Source: Felis catus | Taxonomy: Eukaryota | Assembly (NCBI RefSeq): GCF_018350175.1 | Contig: NC_058368.1 | Span: forward strand, 185,320,001-185,384,000 | Direction of reading: 5' to 3' | Length of the DNA stretch: 64,000 nt | In this document: positions 61,446 to 64,000 of the stretch, piece after piece | How positions within the stretch are numbered: position 1 is the first letter of the stretch | How the letters are laid out: every line of letters begins with the position of its first letter | Translations under genes and position numbers: made by a program | Notes under the pieces: generated by a model | The model's input: the letters and a program-made list of their open reading frames with translations, nothing else | Told to the model about the DNA's origin: nothing | Database searches by the model: none

Positions 61446-64000
61446 TTTTTTTTTATATATATATGAAATTTATTGACAAATTGGTTTCCATACAGCACCC
61501 AGTGCTCATCCCAAAAGGTGCTCTCCTCAATACCCATCACCCATCCTCTCCTCCCTCCCACCCCCCCATCAACCCTCAGTTTGTTCTCAGTTTTTAACAG
61601 TCTCTTATGCTTTGGCTCTCTCCCACTCTAACCTCTTTTTTTTTTTTCCTTCCCCTCCCCCATGGGTTCCTGTTAAGTTTCTCAGGATCCACATAAGAGT
61701 GAAACCATATAGTATCTGTCTTTCTCTGTATGGCTTATTTCACTTAGCATCACACTCTCCAGTTCCATCCACGTTGCTACAAAAGGCCCTATTTCATTTT
61801 TTCTCATTGCCACGTAGTATTCCATTGTGTATATAAACCACAATTTCTTTATCCATTCATCAGTTGATGGACATTTAGGCTCTTTCCATAATTTGGCTAT
61901 TGTTGAGAGTGCTGCTATGAACATTGGGGTACAAGTGGCCCTATGCATCAGTACTCCTGTATCCTTTGGATAAATTCCTAGCAGTGCTATTGCTGGGTCA
62001 TAGGGTAGGTCTATTTTTAATTTTCTGAGGAACCTCCACACTGCTTTCCAGAGCGGCTCACCAATTTGCATTCCCACCAACAGTGCAAGAGGGTTCCCGT
62101 TTCTCCACATCCTCTCCAGCATCTATAGTCTCCTGATTTGTTCATTTTGGCCACTCTGACTGGCGTGAGGTGATATCTGAGTGTGGTTTTGATTTGTATT
62201 TCCCTGATAAGGAGCGACATTGAACATCTTTTCATGTGCCTGTTGGCCATCCGGATGTCTTCTTTAGAAAAGTGTCTATTCATGTTTTCTGCCCATTTCT
62301 TCACTGGCTTATTTGTTTTTCGGGTGTGGAGTTTGGTGAGCTCTTTATAGATTTTGGATACTAGCCCTTTGTCTGATATGTCATTTGCGAATATCTTTTC
62401 CCATTCTGTTGGTTGCCTTTTAGTTTTGTTGGTTGTTTCCTTTGCTGTGAAGAAGCTTTTTATCTTCATAAGGTCCCAGTAATTCACTTTTGCTTTTAAT
62501 TCCCTTGCCTTTGGGGATGTGTCAAGTAAGAGATTGCTACGGCTGAGGTCAGAGAGGTCTTTTCCTGCTTTCTCCTCTAAGGTTTTGATGGTTTCCTGTC
62601 TCACATTTAGGTCCTTTATCCATTTGGAGTTTATTTTTGTGAATGGTGTGAGAAAGTGGTCTAGTTTCAACCTTCTGCATGTTGCTGTCCAGTTCTCCCA
62701 GCACCATTTGTTAAAGAGGCTGTCTTTTTTCCATTGGATGTTCTTTCCTGCTTTGTCAAAGATGAGTTGGCCATACGTTTGTGGGTCTAGTTCTGGGGTT
62801 TCTATTCTATTCCATTGGTCTATGTGTCTGTTTTTGTGCCAATACCATGCTGTCTTGATGATGACAGCTTTGTAGTAGAGGCTAAAGTCTGGGATTGTGA
62901 TGCCTCCTGTTTTAGTCTTCTTCTTCAAAATTCCTTTGGCTATTCGGGGCCTTTTGTGGTTCCATATGAATTTTAGGATTGCTTGTTCTAGTTTCGAGAA
63001 GAATGCTGGTGCAATTTTGATTGGGATTGCATTGAATGTGTAGATAGCTTTGGGTAGTATTGACATTTTGACAATATTTATTTTTCCAATCCATGAGCAG
63101 GGAATGTCTTTCCATTTCTTTAAATCTTCTTCAATTTCCTTTAAAGCTTTCTATAGTTTTCAGCATACAGATCCTTTACATCTTTGGTTAGATTTATTCC
63201 TAGGTATTTTATGCTTCTTGGTGCAATTGTGAATGGGATCAGTTTCTTTATTTGTCTTTCTGTTGCTTCATTGTTAGTGTATAAGAATGCAACTGATTTC
63301 TGTACATTGATTTTGTATCCTGCAACTTTGCTGAATTCCTGTATCAGTTCTAGCAGACTTTTGGTGGAGTCTATCGGATTTTCCATGTATAATATCATGT
63401 CATCTGCAAAAAGCGAAAGCTTGACTTCATCTTTGCCAATTTTGAAGCCTTTGATTTCCTTTTGTTGTCTGATTGCTGATGCTAGAACTTCCAGCACTAT
63501 GTTAAACAGCAGCGGTGAGAGTGGGCATCCTTGTCGTGTTCCTGATCTCAGGGAAAAAGCTCTCAGGTTTTCCCCGTTGAGGATGATGTTAGCTGTGGGC
63601 TTTTCATAAATGGCTTTTATGATCTTTAAGTATGTTCCTTCTATCCCGACTTTCTCAAGGGTTTTTATTAAGAAAGGGTGCTGGATTTTGCCAAAGGCCT
63701 TTTCTGCATCGATTGGCAGGATCATATGGTTCTTCTCTTTTTTTTTGTTAATGTGATGTATCACGTTGATTGATTTGCGAATGTTGAACCAGCTCTGCAT
63801 CCCAGGAATGAATCCCACTTGATCATGGTGAAGAATTCTTTTTATATGCCGTTGAATTCGATTTGCTAGTATCGTACTGAGAATTTTTGCATCCATATTC
63901 ATCAGGGATATTGGCCTGTAGTTCTCTTTTTTTACTGGGTCTCTGTCTGGTTTAGGAATCAAAGTAATACTGGCTTCATAGAATGAGTCTGGAAGTTTTC
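61446..64000 (-). mobile_element. Young felid L1 (L1_Fc-like); continues beyond the window end
   Basis: 3'UTR and ORF2 nearly identical to the copies at 30.2 and 43.4 kb. Confidence 0.97.
61682..64000 (-). pseudogene. LINE-1 ORF2 (reverse transcriptase and C-terminal Cys-rich domain), frameshifted
   Basis: ORFs 63141..63962 ([24 protein letters not shown]), 62017..63066 and 61682..62122; frame breaks near 63140 and 62058. Confidence 0.93.

Noticed and set aside
61682..64000. L1 as an active element or novel reverse-transcriptase system
   Set aside because: Standard LINE-1 ORF2 with at least two frame disruptions (near 63140 and 62058)

Overview
AT-rich mammalian genomic DNA, almost certainly from a felid (cat family). 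The evidence is about 29 tRNA-derived Can-SINEs of feliform type, young L1_Fc-like LINE-1s, and older L1M, L2, MIR, MaLR/ERVL LTRs and hAT DNA transposons. I recognise no host protein-coding gene, tRNA, rRNA or CRISPR array. Every long protein-like ORF is a disabled LINE-1 ORF2 fragment, and the other ORFs are chance or repeat-derived. The region looks intronic or intergenic. A minus-strand excess of SINEs and several + strand splice-site pairs hint at a + strand host transcript. I found no convincing new biological system. The most notable structures are retrotransposition and repair scars: a twin-primed L1 broken at the FADD motif, a 7.8-kb multi-layer nest inside a Charlie1 element, a SINE with a duplicated Pol III head at a twice-used target site, a 120-bp templated copy replacing half of a palindromic MITE, a templated patchwork inside an L1, a probable 3'-UTR retrocopy, and a pre-miRNA-like hairpin. 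Repeat family names come from recalled consensus similarity, not a database search, and boundaries of old repeats are approximate.
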